A stretch of 38,198 nt of DNA from Octopus bimaculoides. Its lineage: Eukaryota. The notes beneath the pieces were generated by a model. The model was not told where the DNA came from, made no database searches, and worked only from the letters and a program-made list of their open reading frames with translations. Both the position numbers and the translations under genes were made by a program. Shown piece by piece: positions 11,913 to 25,093 of this stretch (within the stretch, counting starts at the first letter, position 1; each line of letters begins with the position of its first letter). The stretch is taken from assembly GCF_001194135.2 (NCBI RefSeq), contig NC_068992.1:61154400-61192597 (forward strand). The letters run 5' to 3'.

Positions 11913-12647
11913 NNNNNNNNNNNNNNNNNNNNNNNNNNNNNNNNNNNNNNNNNNNNNNNNNNNNNNNNNNNNNNNNNNNNNNNNNNNNNNNNNNNNNNNN
12001 NNNNNNNNNNNNNNNNNNNNNNNNNNNNNNNNNNNNNNNNNNNNNNNNNNNNNNNNNNNNNNNNNNNNNNNNNNNNNNNNNNNNNNNNNNNNNNNNNNNN
12101 NNNNNNNNNNNNNNNNNNNNNNNNNNNNNNNNNNNNNNNNNNNNNNNNNNNNNNNNNNNNNNNNNNNNNNNNNNNNNNNNNNNNNNNNNNNNNNNNNNNN
12201 NNNNNNNNNNNNNNNNNNNNNNNNNNNNNNNNNNNNNNNNNNNNNNNNNNNNNNNNNNNNNNNNNNNNNNNNNNNNNNNNNNNNNNNNNNNNNNNNNNNN
12301 NNNNNNNNNNNNNNNNNNNNNNNNNNNNNNNNNNNNNNNNNNNNNNNNNNNNNNNNNNNNNNNNNNNNNNNNNNNNNNNNNNNNNNNNNNNNNNNNNNNN
12401 NNNNNNNNNNNNNNNNNNNNNNNNNNNNNNNNNNNNNNNNNNNNNNNNNNNNNNNNNNNNNNNNNNNNNNNNNNNNNNNNNNNNNNNNNNNNNNNNNNNN
12501 NNNNNNNNNNNNNNNNNNNNNNNNNNNNNNNNNNNNNNNNNNNNNNNNNNNNNNNNNNNNNNNNNNNNNNNNNNNNNNNNNNNNNNNNNNNNNNNNNNNN
12601 NNNNNNNNNNNNNNNNNNNNNNNNNNNNNNNNNNNNNNNNNNNNNNN
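11913..12647. other. Assembly gap
   Basis: N run. Confidence 1.
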
Positions 12648-13354
12648 GTGTGTGTGTGTGTAGTAAATTTCATCAGTTTAAATAAGTTTGTATACCTTAA
12701 GGGGAAAAGGAATGATGTATTGAAGCTGATAATTCAGCTGAGAGTTTTTTCCAAGATGAAAAATTTCTTTCTTCTCTGACAAAGGAACAACCCCAAAACT
12801 TCAGATGCCTCTTCTCACTATGGCATACAAACTTAACCAAACTGATGAATTTCACTTTGGGATCTTTGCCAATGCCAGTCACTGTGTGTGTTTTTTTCTT
12901 GCTGTGTGGGTGGGTGTTGATAGTTATGAAAATATTTTATCCACTGAAATGTAGCAAGTAAATTATGTCAGGTAAATGACATGATGCAGCACTTCACTGA
13001 TGTGTCCTTCACCTTCATCTACAAAATATTTTGTCTTTGATGTATTCCTTATTTTTCTTTTATATACATTTATATATCTCTTTATTCCAGTACTATTTTT
13101 TTCAAAAATCAAACTGCTCTGCTACATTGTTTAACATTAATATAACCTGTAAATATTTTCTGTTTATTTATATGTGCTAATCATTATTGATACATTTCAT
13201 TTATAGCTGTTGCACAACTGATGGAATTGTAAAAATATTAACTATATTTATTTATTTTTTTTATGATTTTCTTAGCTCAATGTTTTAAACACTTTGGTTA
13301 TTGACCATTGTCTTCAATGAAAGACATGTCTGAATCTTTTATTTCATATTTTAG

Positions 13355-13405
13355 AACTTATAGTTTCTGCAAAGAAAAATGACAAAGTCAACCATGATTC
13401 TTCAA
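13355..13405 (+). CDS. Candidate small cassette exon (51 nt, or 42 nt from 13364), unverified
   Basis: Pyrimidine-rich acceptor atttcatattttAG, consensus donor caa|GTGAGT, open phase-1/phase-1 frame LIVSAKKNDKVNHDSS. No homology recognised. Confidence 0.18.
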
Positions 13406-14204
13406 GTGAGTATAAAAACTTGTGAATTTTGAGCCTTATGTCAGCTTGGCTCCTCTCTCTTCCTGGCTCTATTGTACTGCCCTGCTATGGGTATTTATAT
13501 TATACATATTTGCCTGCCTTTCTAACAGTGTTGTCTTCTGCATTGTATAAACTCCTACTCCTCATTGGTGTTTTGGCAAGCTCTATCGATCTGTTTATTC
13601 TTTCTCTATGTATCTGTGTGCATAAAGTATTTCCAGATATTTCCATGTAACTTTACTATTAAAATACTGATAAAATAGAACCCTTTGTTGATTGAAAAAT
13701 TTAGCAAACCTATTAGAATCCTTGTCTTCCTGATTAGAAAATGTAGAAATGTAATTTATTCAAGCTCTCTAGTTTAGAGTAATATATTTCCATATGCCTG
13801 ATTAACTTTCCATTTAAGCATGACTTTTACCAAATCTTCAGTAAAGTAGAATCTAGATTTGTTTTTCTTAAGAAGTTCTTGTAGTAGACTACTAGATATC
13901 TGTAGAATGTTTCAGAATATGTTTAAGCAATATTGTTAACTCTGAGGGTTTCTTTTGTGATGCATGATTGAACAGAAAGAGAAAAAGAAAAGAAAATAAC
14001 TGAATCAGATAATTTTTTTTCTCAAAAAGTTTGTGATCATTTATTGAATATATTTTTACTCTTAGTGCGTACCAAGAAGAAATTATGAATATGACCAAAC
14101 TGAGAAGCAGTGATAAATATTTTGCAATGTTTGTAAAGAAATGTCTTTGGAGTTTTATATCTCTAGAGAAAGAAATGTTAATTCTTCCATGATCTTCAGG
14201 TAAC

Positions 14205-14470
14205 TGCAGTGAATTGGCAGAGTCATTAGAGCATCAGATAAAATGACTTACAGCATTTGTTCTAACATTTAGTGCTGCAAGTTCAAATCCTGCTATAGCC
14301 AACTTTGCCTTTTGTTCTTTTGGTGTTGATGGATTGGCAGTACCAGTTGAGATCGATGGATTAACAGAAATGAAAGAACATTAGACGAGATGCATTAGGA
14401 TGTTTGTTCCACCTCTTTGCATTCAGAGTTCAAATTTCACCAGGACCTAATTGGATAGTTGTCACCCAGT
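14205..14470 (+). mobile_element. Degenerate tandem pair of family A SINEs
   Basis: gcagtgaattggcagag...agttcaaatcc...actttgcctttt, followed by a second cagagttcaaatttcacc. Confidence 0.6.
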
Positions 14471-14739
14471 TTAACACATTTACTTGGCACCTTTGGTGCT
14501 TTTACTGGAGATTATTTTGTTGCATAGTCTTTGATTTGAGGATACCTTCATCCCTTACCCACTCACTATCACTAGTCTCAGAGACTCTTGAAAGGTTATG
14601 AGCACTACTGTTTCTCCTGATTAAAAATATTTTTAGAAAACAAACAAAAATTGGAAAATGCAGAAATGATAAATTAATTTTAAACTGCAGTGATGGTGCA
14701 ATGTTTCTGATTACTTTGTTATCAATCTAACAAAAAAAA

Positions 14740-14925
14740 AAGACCTGATAGAAATAGGGACAGTTCCCTTTATCACACCCTTCTGTCTTAAGGTAAAAAG
14801 GAAAAGGACATTGGATAATGTAGTCCTTGATCCCCTATCTATACAAAATAGATACGATGGTCATGTTTGAAATGCTTTTGACTATAGGCTTTCCCAATCA
14901 AGACTGAAGCAACAACATAAATTTT
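14740..14925 (+). repeat. Unclassified interspersed repeat, family G (similar stretches near 18830-18975, 22670-22800, 33450-33640)
   Basis: Shared motif of the type CATTGGATAATGTAGTCCT followed by ATGGTCATG..GGAA.G. Confidence 0.45.
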
Positions 14926-16534
14926 TGCTGCTTTAATTTCTGTTGCCACCTCTTTCAGACTATTTTCAAGTTCTGTGACATAGAGCAGTAAAAGTTCTCC
15001 AATAGCAAAAGCTGCTTATTGCTTCACTGTCAGACTCACAACATTATAGTCTCTTTAAAAACCAAGATTTATTTAGAGTAACCTCATATACAACTCTTGT
15101 GACAACTTGAAATTATAGGAAATTTTTTTACTCTAACCTTCATAAGTTTTATTTCAAAGATTTTTTTGTAAAACTGACTTAGAGATTCCTTTCAATAAAC
15201 CTGGATAATATTTCCCAATACACCTTATAGACTAACAAAATCAAACTATTGTTCTCTACTAGTGTTTTAGATGGATCTCACTGTATTCTCAAAAGGAATT
15301 TTTACCATTTTGTCCAATTCTTTACTCACTGACATGATATCTTTATAGCATAAATTTTGTGGGGTTTCAATGTCACTTCATAACATCTTAAAGAAATTAT
15401 GTATATTCTTGTTCAAATATTGTTCTCCTTCCATCAACAAATTCCTGTTCTAGTTCTCAGTTCCTGTTCAGTCTACATCTTGGGGCCTTGTTTCTTGAAA
15501 TTGGTTCCTATCCAATTTGCTTTGTGGGATCTGTCTGTTTTGCTTTTTAGAACCTGTCTGTATTTTCACCTCTCCGAGCCTGTTTATTTTCTAGTTCTCA
15601 AACCCTGTCCATGTTCTTGCTTCTTTGACTGTGTTCTATCTACCTAATATGTAATCTTGGCCTGTGTTCATTCCAACTCTTCCTCTCCCTCTGTCCTTTA
15701 TCCGTCTGTTGTCTATTCCTCACCCTACTGTCTTCTAAACATGCCATATCTCGACATGTTTGTGTTGTCTCGCTTTCTTTGAACTTCAAGCTAAAAAAAT
15801 TCATCTTTGCAAATGCAAAATGACATTCATAGAATCCATCATTTAGATATGCATATTAGATATGCATATTCATCTTTCCAGTTGTTCTTAGCTAATACAA
15901 TTGAGGAGATAATTCCAACAAGATTTCAGCAAATTTATGATAAGCTTCTAATCTAAGCATAACATAAACAAACAACAATAATAATAATAAATAAATAAAT
16001 AAATAAATAATAATCCACGGTTTTTAAAAATTTTTTATTTTTGTCTTCTTTTTAAGCTAAACATTCACTTTAAGATGGTTTTAATTGTTTATCTTATATT
16101 GTGGTGTGAAAATAACTGAGACTAAAATTTTTGCTTACTATTTCTCTTTTCTCTAATATTCAAGCAAGATTTTCTTAACTTTCTCTCGTTTCAGCTCTCG
16201 GTTTTGTGGTTCTTCATTTTCCCCCCACTCACTCTCACTCTTTCTCTTGCTCTCTTCTAATACCACCACTTGCTTTATTGAATCCAGAAATATTTAAGGC
16301 ACTAATTAATACATTTATTTATTCATTCATTCATTCATCTTTTTCTCTCTGCATTTATTCTTAAATTTTAAATTTTCTAAACTTTGAAATATATTGAATA
16401 AGAAATACTTTCCTTTTTCTTTTAAAATGAATATCTATTCAGATTCCTTTTAAATATATATTCACTATTTGTATTGAAATTTTAAACTTTCTTCTGTCTT
16501 TTTTCTTACATTAATATTTTTTGTAACTGTTAAA

Positions 16535-16746
16535 GGCAGTGAGCTAGCAGAATTGTTAGCATGCCGGGCAAAATGCTAAGCAGCATTTCACCTGTCTTTA
16601 CATTCTGAGTTCAAATCCCACCGAGGTCAACTTTGCCTTTCATCCTTTCAGGATCGATAAAATAAGTACCAGTTGAGCACTGGGGTCGATGTAATCGGCA
16701 TAACCCCTCCTGCAAAATTGTTGGCCTTGTGCAAAAATTTGAAACC
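16535..16746 (+). mobile_element. Full-length family A tRNA-derived SINE
   Basis: A-box-like AGCTAGCAGAATTG, B-box GAGTTCAAATCC, core GACTTTGCCTTTCATCCTTTCAGGATCGATAAAATAAGTACCAG. Confidence 0.88.
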
Positions 16747-17087
16747 AATATTTTTATGACTATTGTATCTGCATAATAAAAAATTGAATAATAATTTAAT
16801 TAATTAAATAGTTCTAATTTAGTCTTTTATGACTGAGAAAAAAAAAATGTTTACAAATTAAACTTACGTTTTATTTTGAGAATTCTGTTCTTGGTGAAAA
16901 TGTGAAACTCTGAAAGACTAATCACTACACAATTGCTACATACACACAATCTTTTCTATGACAAAAGAATTATTTGTGCTTGCTATCATCATCATCATCA
17001 TCATTATTTATTTTCAACTACTTTCTCATGTAGAACAAAACTTAACATTTATTAATATCATTATTATCAACATTTTTCCAAGATGAA

Positions 17088-17206
17088 GAACTTATTCTAT
17101 TTGTCTCTTTTGCTGAACCACTGGGTTATGGGGACATAGACAAACATACACTAGTTGTCAAATGGCAGTGGACAACAAATGCACACACACACACACACAC
17201 AAACTC

Positions 17207-17251
<45 letters not shown>

Positions 17252-17290
17252 TGATGGTGATGATGCAAGTAAACAAATAAAACCATTTGG
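17088..17290 (-). mobile_element. Family B SINE remnant with expanded CA/TG/TA microsatellite
   Basis: Tail homologous to 7610-7690. Confidence 0.6.
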
Positions 17291-18129
17291 ACTAGATATA
17301 CAAAATATATATGTACATATACATGAAATAGAGAGAGAAAACAATATTTCATGAATATTTATTTATAAATATATAGATATTTATGTTAACAGAATGAACT
17401 TGCACAAAGTACAAAGATAAAAAAAATGAAAGGGATGAGTTATGGTGCTACAGGTCTGACAGCTGTTTCTGTAGGCTCAGAATTACTTGATAATGTTCTC
17501 AGATGCAGGTAACAAAAAGTCAAGGATATGCAACCAGTAGTGGAAGTATATAAATGTTAGGTAGATCTGGCTTTCATCTTCAGGGTGGAGTGATAGCTAT
17601 CTAATCTGCAATGTCATTCTAAAAATAAATAATATCACTGGAATCTCAAAGCTACAAGATAATACAGGATTAATTCAAAAGAGTTTGAATAAATAAGCAT
17701 TACATTTGGTAGTAATCTGAATACTAAAGGGCTAAAACATGAAGGATACAATGAACAGTAGTCTTTGATCTCTAAAAAGATGTGGCACTTACAGCTGAAG
17801 TGCTTTTGATCATAGATTTGTCTAAACAACAACTATTCTGTTATAACTGCTAACAATGACAACAGTGTTGGGTACCAATGATGCAGGATACCTAAGTGGT
17901 GTACTACATAGGAGAAAATGTGTGTTGGAGCTTATCATCCAATTGTTAACTGTTAATTGATTTCAGTTATCTTTGTGTCTCTAAAATGAATGTTAGCTTT
18001 CTAAAATGAATGTTAGTGGTTTTGTCCATGTCTTTACTAAGGACTTAATAAACGATATATTAACAATTTAATTCTTCATTTCCAGGATAGTCTCTAACAG
18101 TCTTAACTCGTATTGTTAGCTCATGTTAA

Positions 18130-18300
18130 GGCAGGCAGTGGATAGCTCAATTGTTGAAGCAACAGACAAAATACATTGCCATTTATAGGTGCAACCCTTT
18201 ACATTCTGAGTTCAAATCCCACCAAGGACAACTTTGCCTTTCATCCTTCCAGGGTCTCTGAAATAATTCTCGGAAAAGTACTGGGGTTGATATAATTGAC
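18130..18300 (+). mobile_element. Family A SINE, diverged
   Basis: acattctgagttcaaatcccaccaaggacaactttgcctttcatcc. Confidence 0.75.
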
Positions 18301-18356
18301 CATATTGAAGTGTTTACTTGAACAAATCAAATACAGTACTTAATTATTTAATCTTT

Positions 18357-18586
18357 TTAAAAGTCTGGTGGTTATTTTATCAGTCTGTTTTGCCTAACTG
18401 CTAAGTAATGGAGCTGCAAAGTAACCAACACCAGTTATCAGGTGGTGGGGTGAGGGCAAAGATGCACACACTCACAGATTTCCACATGGTCGGCACTAGA
18501 AGACACTTGCCGAAAGTGCCATGCAGTAGGACTGAACTCAAAAATCACATTGTTGCAAAGCAAGCTTCTTAACCACACAGCCATGT
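18357..18586 (-). mobile_element. Family B SINE
   Basis: gaagacacttgccgaaagtgccatgcagtaggactgaac...aagcttcttaaccacacagcca. Confidence 0.8.
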
Positions 18587-19057
18587 TTGAGTGTGACTGG
18601 TACTGTGTTACATAAAGTATCATACATGCAACAGTCAGCTACTAATTTGTGTATTACATAAGGGGCTAAAAACAAGCAACTGACAAGCTAAAACTGTACT
18701 GTAGAATTATTTGTTTGGTCATGTTTTGTTTGACTATTTCTCTGTTATTAACAAGGCAAGTCTAATAATTGGCTATTAGTGTAAGAAGGGTAGAGATCAC
18801 TATCACACTACCACCACCAACAATGAGGGAGCCCCTTTGTGGTTGCTTGAACTGCTAGAAATTACAGCAATGTCTCCCCGAATCATGCTCAACCATCTTG
18901 GAAAATATGGCAAGACATATTTGATAATGTATTCCAAGGTACTTTTAGGAAGACCAGATGGTCTGGTCCGCTAAACAATAACAGCCACCACCACCAACAG
19001 TAACAATTAGCAGTTGGGCTACCCATAGTAGCTGAGTGTGTGTGTGTGTGTGTGTGT

Positions 19058-19305
19058 GTGTTGATGCATGGTCTAGTGGTTAGGCTGTTACACTCACGAG
19101 TGCTAGATTGTAAGTTCAATTCCCAGACTGCTCAGCACTTTGTGTTCTTGAGCAAACCACTTCATTTCATGTGGTTCCAGCCCCCACTTCAGTCAGGGGG
19201 TAATGTTGGCCTACCTGCCTAACCAGCGGAGTGGCGTCATTTGAAGGCTAAACTGATGTAAAGTGTATTGTTGCCAGTGATGTATAACATCTGATAGTCT
19301 GAACA
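19058..19305 (+). mobile_element. Family E SINE (tail variant)
   Basis: catggtctagtggttaggctgttacactcacg...tgtgttcttgagcaaaccacttcatttca. Confidence 0.75.
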
Positions 19306-19307
19306 AT

Positions 19308-19355
<48 letters not shown>

Positions 19356-20032
19356 NNNNNNNNNNNNNNNNNNNNNNNNNNNNNNNNNNNNNNNNNNNNN
19401 NNNNNNNNNNNNNNNNNNNNNNNNNNNNNNNNNNNNNNNNNNNNNNNNNNNNNNNNNNNNNNNNNNNNNNNNNNNNNNNNNNNNNNNNNNNNNNNNNNNN
19501 NNNNNNNNNNNNNNNNNNNNNNNNNNNNNNNNNNNNNNNNNNNNNNNNNNNNNNNNNNNNNNNNNNNNNNNNNNNNNNNNNNNNNNNNNNNNNNNNNNNN
19601 NNNNNNNNNNNNNNNNNNNNNNNNNNNNNNNNNNNNNNNNNNNNNNNNNNNNNNNNNNNNNNNNNNNNNNNNNNNNNNNNNNNNNNNNNNNNNNNNNNNN
19701 NNNNNNNNNNNNNNNNNNNNNNNNNNNNNNNNNNNNNNNNNNNNNNNNNNNNNNNNNNNNNNNNNNNNNNNNNNNNNNNNNNNNNNNNNNNNNNNNNNNN
19801 NNNNNNNNNNNNNNNNNNNNNNNNNNNNNNNNNNNNNNNNNNNNNNNNNNNNNNNNNNNNNNNNNNNNNNNNNNNNNNNNNNNNNNNNNNNNNNNNNNNN
19901 NNNNNNNNNNNNNNNNNNNNNNNNNNNNNNNNNNNNNNNNNNNNNNNNNNNNNNNNNNNNNNNNNNNNNNNNNNNNNNNNNNNNNNNNNNNNNNNNNNNN
20001 NNNNNNNNNNNNNNNNNNNNNNNNNNNNNNNN
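19356..20032. other. Assembly gap preceded by (GT)n
   Basis: N run. Confidence 1.
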
Positions 20033-20174
20033 ATAACGAAATTGCAAAGCTAATCTGGAACTCAACTGATGAAAGAAAACTCCGAATGACCCGTCCTTGT
20101 TTTCTTTGTATTGTCTGTCTGGATGTTTTGTTGTCCCTTTTTTGTATCACTCATCTGGATTATTTGCGTTCTTG

Positions 20175-20217
<43 letters not shown>

Positions 20218-20220
<3 letters not shown>

Positions 20221-20375
20221 AGGGCTTCTCTCAGTTTCCATTTACCAAATCCATTTGCAAAACTTTGGTCAGGCTAGGCTAGAGTAGTAAACACTTATCT
20301 AAGGTGCTTCACAGTGGGGCTGAACCTGTAACCATGTGGATGGGAAACAAACTTTTTAGCCACATGACCATGCCT
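20218..20375 (-). mobile_element. Family B SINE head
   Basis: ggcttctctcagtttccatttaccaaatcc...aaacacttatctaaggtgc. Confidence 0.75.
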
Positions 20376-20927
20376 AAGAAAATTTAATATTACTTAGGTG
20401 ATTTATTTCATGTTATCTTAGTTTTCCCATGTTGCTTCAGTAATATGAATCATTTTGAAGTAGAAAATTTTGTTGTAAGATTTGTTTGCCTCTTTCTTCA
20501 CCTTCCTAGATAAATATGAATTGTTGTAACTGTCTCAATTATTTAAGATTACTCTACTGGCTGAGTTTAAAGTAGGTGAATTATATGACCTTGACCATTG
20601 AAAACTAAGTATATTGGCCATAGTTGAACCAAGACACAATTAACAGGATATGAATCATTAGCTTCATGGTGAGTTGTCTCAAACATATTTGTTTCTGATT
20701 CTGACTAGAGAATAGAATACAGAAACTTAGAAAACTTGATTCAATATTATTTATTAAATGGTATACTAGTTGCTGAAAGTTGTGCTGCATAGCTGTGGGT
20801 CAATGTGAATTGTACTAATCTATGTTATCGGTTAAATGTCTTGGTGTGATAAAGGTTTCACTCTTACACTAAACTTTGAGTTCTGATGGGCTTCAAACTT
20901 ATTTTTAGCATTTCATTATTATACAAG

Positions 20928-21160
20928 GTGACTAATTGGCAGTCAGAGGTCAGACAGAATGTTTCGCAATATTTGTTGTGACTCCACGTACTCTGAGTTC
21001 AGTTCCTGCTGAGATTAACTGTACCTTTCATCTTTTTGAGGTCCCAAAAAGTACCAATTTAGGGCAATGCATTGGCTAAACTGTAAGAACATTAAGCTGG
21101 AAACCTTATAGTATGTGATCTGGGCCTTTTCATTCTGAGTTCAAATCCTACCATGGCCTT
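20928..21160 (+). mobile_element. Two degenerate family A SINE fragments
   Basis: tctgagttcagttcc...acctttcatc, and ttcattctgagttcaaatcctacc. Confidence 0.5.
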
Positions 21161-21399
21161 CTTGGGTAGTACACTTAATCCCTTGCTTGTCTCAATATTA
21201 CCATTTAGTACTTTGGTATCTTTAACTGAGTCCATTCTGTTGCTGGGTCCTATTGTTGGCTAGCGGATACTTTCCTCTGCCCACCTTCCCACCAATCTCT
21301 AAGACACTATAAAATTTTCCCTCCTTCCCATCAGTCTTTGGAGGCCCTGTAAGAGGTCATGAGCACAGCCTTCTCTGCTGAATAACTGATATAACATTA

Positions 21400-21651
21400 A
21401 AGAAAAAATTGCTTCCTAACCACATTGTTCTGGGTTCAGTCCCACTGCATGTCACCTTGGGCAAGTGCTTTCTACTATAGCTTCAGGCTGGCCAAAGCCT
21501 TGTGGATGGATTTTAGTAGACAGAAACTGAAAAAATTCCATTTTGTGTGTGTGTGTGTTGTTACCCACCACCACTTGACAACAAGTGATGGTGTCCCCAT
21601 AACTTAGCAGTTTGGTAAGGAGCTCAATAGAGTAAGTTCCAGGCCTACAAA
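21400..21651 (+). mobile_element. Family B SINE running into a gap
   Basis: gggttcagtcccactgcatgtcaccttgggcaagtgctttctactatagc. Confidence 0.85.
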
Positions 21652-21991
21652 NNNNNNNNNNNNNNNNNNNNNNNNNNNNNNNNNNNNNNNNNNNNNNNNN
21701 NNNNNNNNNNNNNNNNNNNNNNNNNNNNNNNNNNNNNNNNNNNNNNNNNNNNNNNNNNNNNNNNNNNNNNNNNNNNNNNNNNNNNNNNNNNNNNNNNNNN
21801 NNNNNNNNNNNNNNNNNNNNNNNNNNNNNNNNNNNNNNNNNNNNNNNNNNNNNNNNNNNNNNNNNNNNNNNNNNNNNNNNNNNNNNNNNNNNNNNNNNNN
21901 NNNNNNNNNNNNNNNNNNNNNNNNNNNNNNNNNNNNNNNNNNNNNNNNNNNNNNNNNNNNNNNNNNNNNNNNNNNNNNNNNNNNNNNNNNN
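21652..21991. other. Assembly gap
   Basis: N run. Confidence 1.
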
Positions 21992-22022
21992 NNNNNNNNN
22001 NGTGATTTCTGTTTCTCAAAAT

Positions 22023-22071
<49 letters not shown>

Positions 22072-23019
22072 ATTTTTGAAATGTGCACTTTTTCCTGTAA
22101 CTTATTTGTCTCTACCTCTTGAAGGTATCATTTACCTTTTTAGACATAAGAGATAAAAGCATCAACATTCCAGTATTGAAAATATCATTTAACACTATCT
22201 CTTCAAGATAACATTGTCACCCCTCTTCTGTTAAAAATATCAAAAATTTCTGTCACCTTGAAGATACCACCACCACTACCACTCCACCATCAAGGACAGG
22301 CCTACAAATAAACTTCCACATTGTTTTAATCTGCTTGTAATAGCTTCATGAATTATGTTCAAGCATCTTAAAAGCATGTGGCCATGTGGTTAGGTTATTG
22401 CACTCAGTTGCATGATGATAGTTTCAATTCCCAGAGTGGGTTGTGTTGTTAAGCAAAACATGTCATTTCATGGTGCAAATGAGTAATCCTGTAAAAGACT
22501 GACATCTTATTCAGCAGAGTGTTGTGATCCATGAAAACTGGGTAATTGTCCTTATGAGTCCTAGAACTCAAGACAGCAATGTCCAGGCTTCACTCTTTTA
22601 TATGTTTCAGCCTATAGGCTGCAGCCATTCTGGAGTGGTTTGATGAAAATAATTTTAGAAGAAAAAATTATCTTAGAGGATATTGAATAATGTAGTGTTA
22701 GAGGCATGATGCCTGCAAAAATAACAAAAAATACTATGGGCTGGATATGGCTAGAATACTTTTGATCATGTCTTCATTGACTCGGTGCTGACTTAGAGCT
22801 AAATAATCACTGCAATCTGAGGTTACCAGTTCCAAAATATATGTATAAAAATTAAAATAATAATAATAACAATGGTTTCTGACTTAATCTAGCAGTTTGG
22901 AAGAACTATCAACTGTAGTACTTGACAAATAATTTATTTTATTTCATCAAGCCTGATAATTTAATGATGATGACAATGATGACAGCAATACACTTGTAGC
23001 AGAGCATTGTAGTGTTATA

Positions 23020-23640
23020 TTGTCATCATTTAACACCCAATTTCCATGCTGGTATGGGTTGGACAGTTTGACTGGGCTGGCATGCTGGAAAGCTACGCCA
23101 GGATCCAGTCTGATTTGGCATGGTTTTCTATGGCTGGATGCCCTTCTTAATGCCAACCACTCTGAGAATGTAATGGGTGCTTTTATGTGTCACCAGCACG
23201 ACACCGGTATCTGCTACAGCTGCAATTTTGCTCGGCTTGATGGGTCTTCTGAAGCATGACATAATGCCAAAGGTCTTGGTCATTGCTTCTGTGAGGCCCA
23301 GCACTCGGAGGGAGCTCAGCCACTTTGCTTTCATGCAGCCCAACGCTCAGTAGGATCTCGGCCACCTCGCCTCTGTGAAGGCCAACACTCAAAAGGAACT
23401 CAGCCACTTTGCCTCCATGAGGCCCAGGTACTTGGCCACTTTGCCTCCATGAGGCCCAACACTCGAAAGGAACGCAGTCACCTCGCCTCTGTGAGGCCCG
23501 CTTGAAAGGAACTCAGCCACCTCGCCTCAATGAGGCCCAACACTCAAAAGGATCACGGTCACTTTACCTCCAAGAGGCCCAATGCTCAAAGGTACTCAGT
23601 CACTTTGCCTCTGCAAGGCCCAACATTCAAAGGGGCGATA
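23020..23640 (-). mobile_element. Family C element with (ATG)n tail, carrying an internal minisatellite
   Basis: 23020-23200 is the reverse complement of the 27200-27388 and 34600-34787 type. Confidence 0.75.
23285..23635. repeat. GC-rich minisatellite, about 8.7 copies of a 42-bp unit (GCCTCYRTGAGGCCCAACACTCRAAAGGAACTCAGCCACYTY)
   Basis: Units start at 23285, 23327, 23369, 23411 (32 bp), 23443, 23485 (39 bp), 23524, 23566 (41 bp) and 23607 (partial). Confidence 0.93.
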
Positions 23641-23710
23641 AACATTAAAATGTGTGGCTTTGGGCCAAAGTTAGAAATCATTTCACATTATGACATTATA
23701 ATCATTATAA

Positions 23711-23848
23711 GGCAGAGGATTAGTATTTTTTTTCTGGTTCTTTATGCCCTGAGTTCAAATCCTTCCAAGATCAACTTTGTCTTTCATCTTTTGGGGTCAA
23801 TAAAATAAAGTACCAGTTAAGTACTGAGGTTGATGTAGTTGACTAAAC
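23711..23848 (+). mobile_element. Family A SINE, 5'-degenerate
   Basis: ccctgagttcaaatcc...actttgtctttcatcttttggggtcaataaaataaagtaccag. Confidence 0.7.
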
Positions 23849-23859
23849 CTATCCATCTA

Positions 23860-23977
23860 CTATAGCTTCAAACTGAGGTTGTAATATAAGACACTCACCC
23901 CAGGCTGCCATACAGTGGGGCTGAATCTGAAGCACACTGTTATGAAATGAACTTCTTAAACCATTCAGCCATGCTTG
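23860..23977 (-). mobile_element. Family B SINE head, diverged
   Basis: gtaatataagacactcaccccagg...cttcttaaaccattcagccatgc. Confidence 0.6.
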
Positions 23978-24611
23978 TATCTATCCTGGTTATAATGCAG
24001 ACATAAAACTGAACAATTAATTGGATGTTGAAAAACTCTCTAAATACCAAATATTGGCAATATATGTAATACTCTTTGGTCATGAGAGTTGCAGAAATAA
24101 ATTCTGTATTTTTAAGTGGTGCTAGGGTTTGGAGTAAGCATTTCTTAAAATGTAATTCTATGGAAAGCAGATATTCTTATCAAAATATAAGAAATTGTAT
24201 ATAACTGCTAATTTTCCTACCTTTAGGATTATAAATTTAGTATTTATTTATTCCCAAATATAGTCAGTTTTATTACATACCCTACTATGAACGAGTTAAT
24301 TTGGGTTAATTATGTACAAGAATATATATTGAAATAATTGCATCTGTATAATCATTTGGGCTATTAAAACACATATTCTGCTATCTTCATTTTTATATAC
24401 ATAAAATTCTACTCACACACATTTATGTATATATGTATTTGTGCATGTTTATCTTATCTCACTCTCATATCTATCTATCTATATATATATATATATACAC
24501 ACACACACAGCATAATGTATATGCATGTATAAATAATACATGTATATATCTATACGTGCACCCACATGTGTTTGTCTAAGATTATGTATGTATATATATA
24601 TATATATATAT

Positions 24612-24679
24612 NNNNNNNNNNNNNNNNNNNNNNNNNNNNNNNNNNNNNNNNNNNNNNNNNNNNNNNNNNNNNNNNNNNN
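24612..24679. other. Assembly gap between (TA)n and (GA)n
   Basis: N run. Confidence 1.
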
Positions 24680-24889
24680 GAGAGAGAGAGAGAGAGAGAG
24701 GTGTAGGAAAACACTCACACAAAAATGATTTATTTGAACACCCATAAATTTTATTTTTCTTCTATTTTTAAGCTTTGTTAAATTATTTGCTAAATGGGAG
24801 AAATTTATTTAGAGTAAGAGAACAATCTAAATTTCAGCATTATTATTCTCTAAGGTTCTTCTGTCTGTTATTTTTGGAAGTCTGCTAAT

Positions 24890-25049
24890 TTTTGCCTTTT
24901 ACTGCTCTTTCCTCGCTTTCTCCTTCATATTCTCTCTTCATTTTTCTTTTCTAGAGCTCTTACTCTCTATGGCTTTTTAAATCATACACTCTTTCCATTT
25001 ATAACAGCATTCTACCTTGTTGTCTCTCTGTTTTTGCATCCATAGTTTT

Positions 25050-25093
<44 letters not shown>

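Noticed and set aside
12700-12900. Coding-looking open frames on both strands
   Set aside because: No recognisable homology and no good donor site.
23285-23635. CRISPR-like array
   Set aside because: Units are contiguous diverged copies with no unique spacers, there are no cas genes, and the context is a eukaryotic retroposon.
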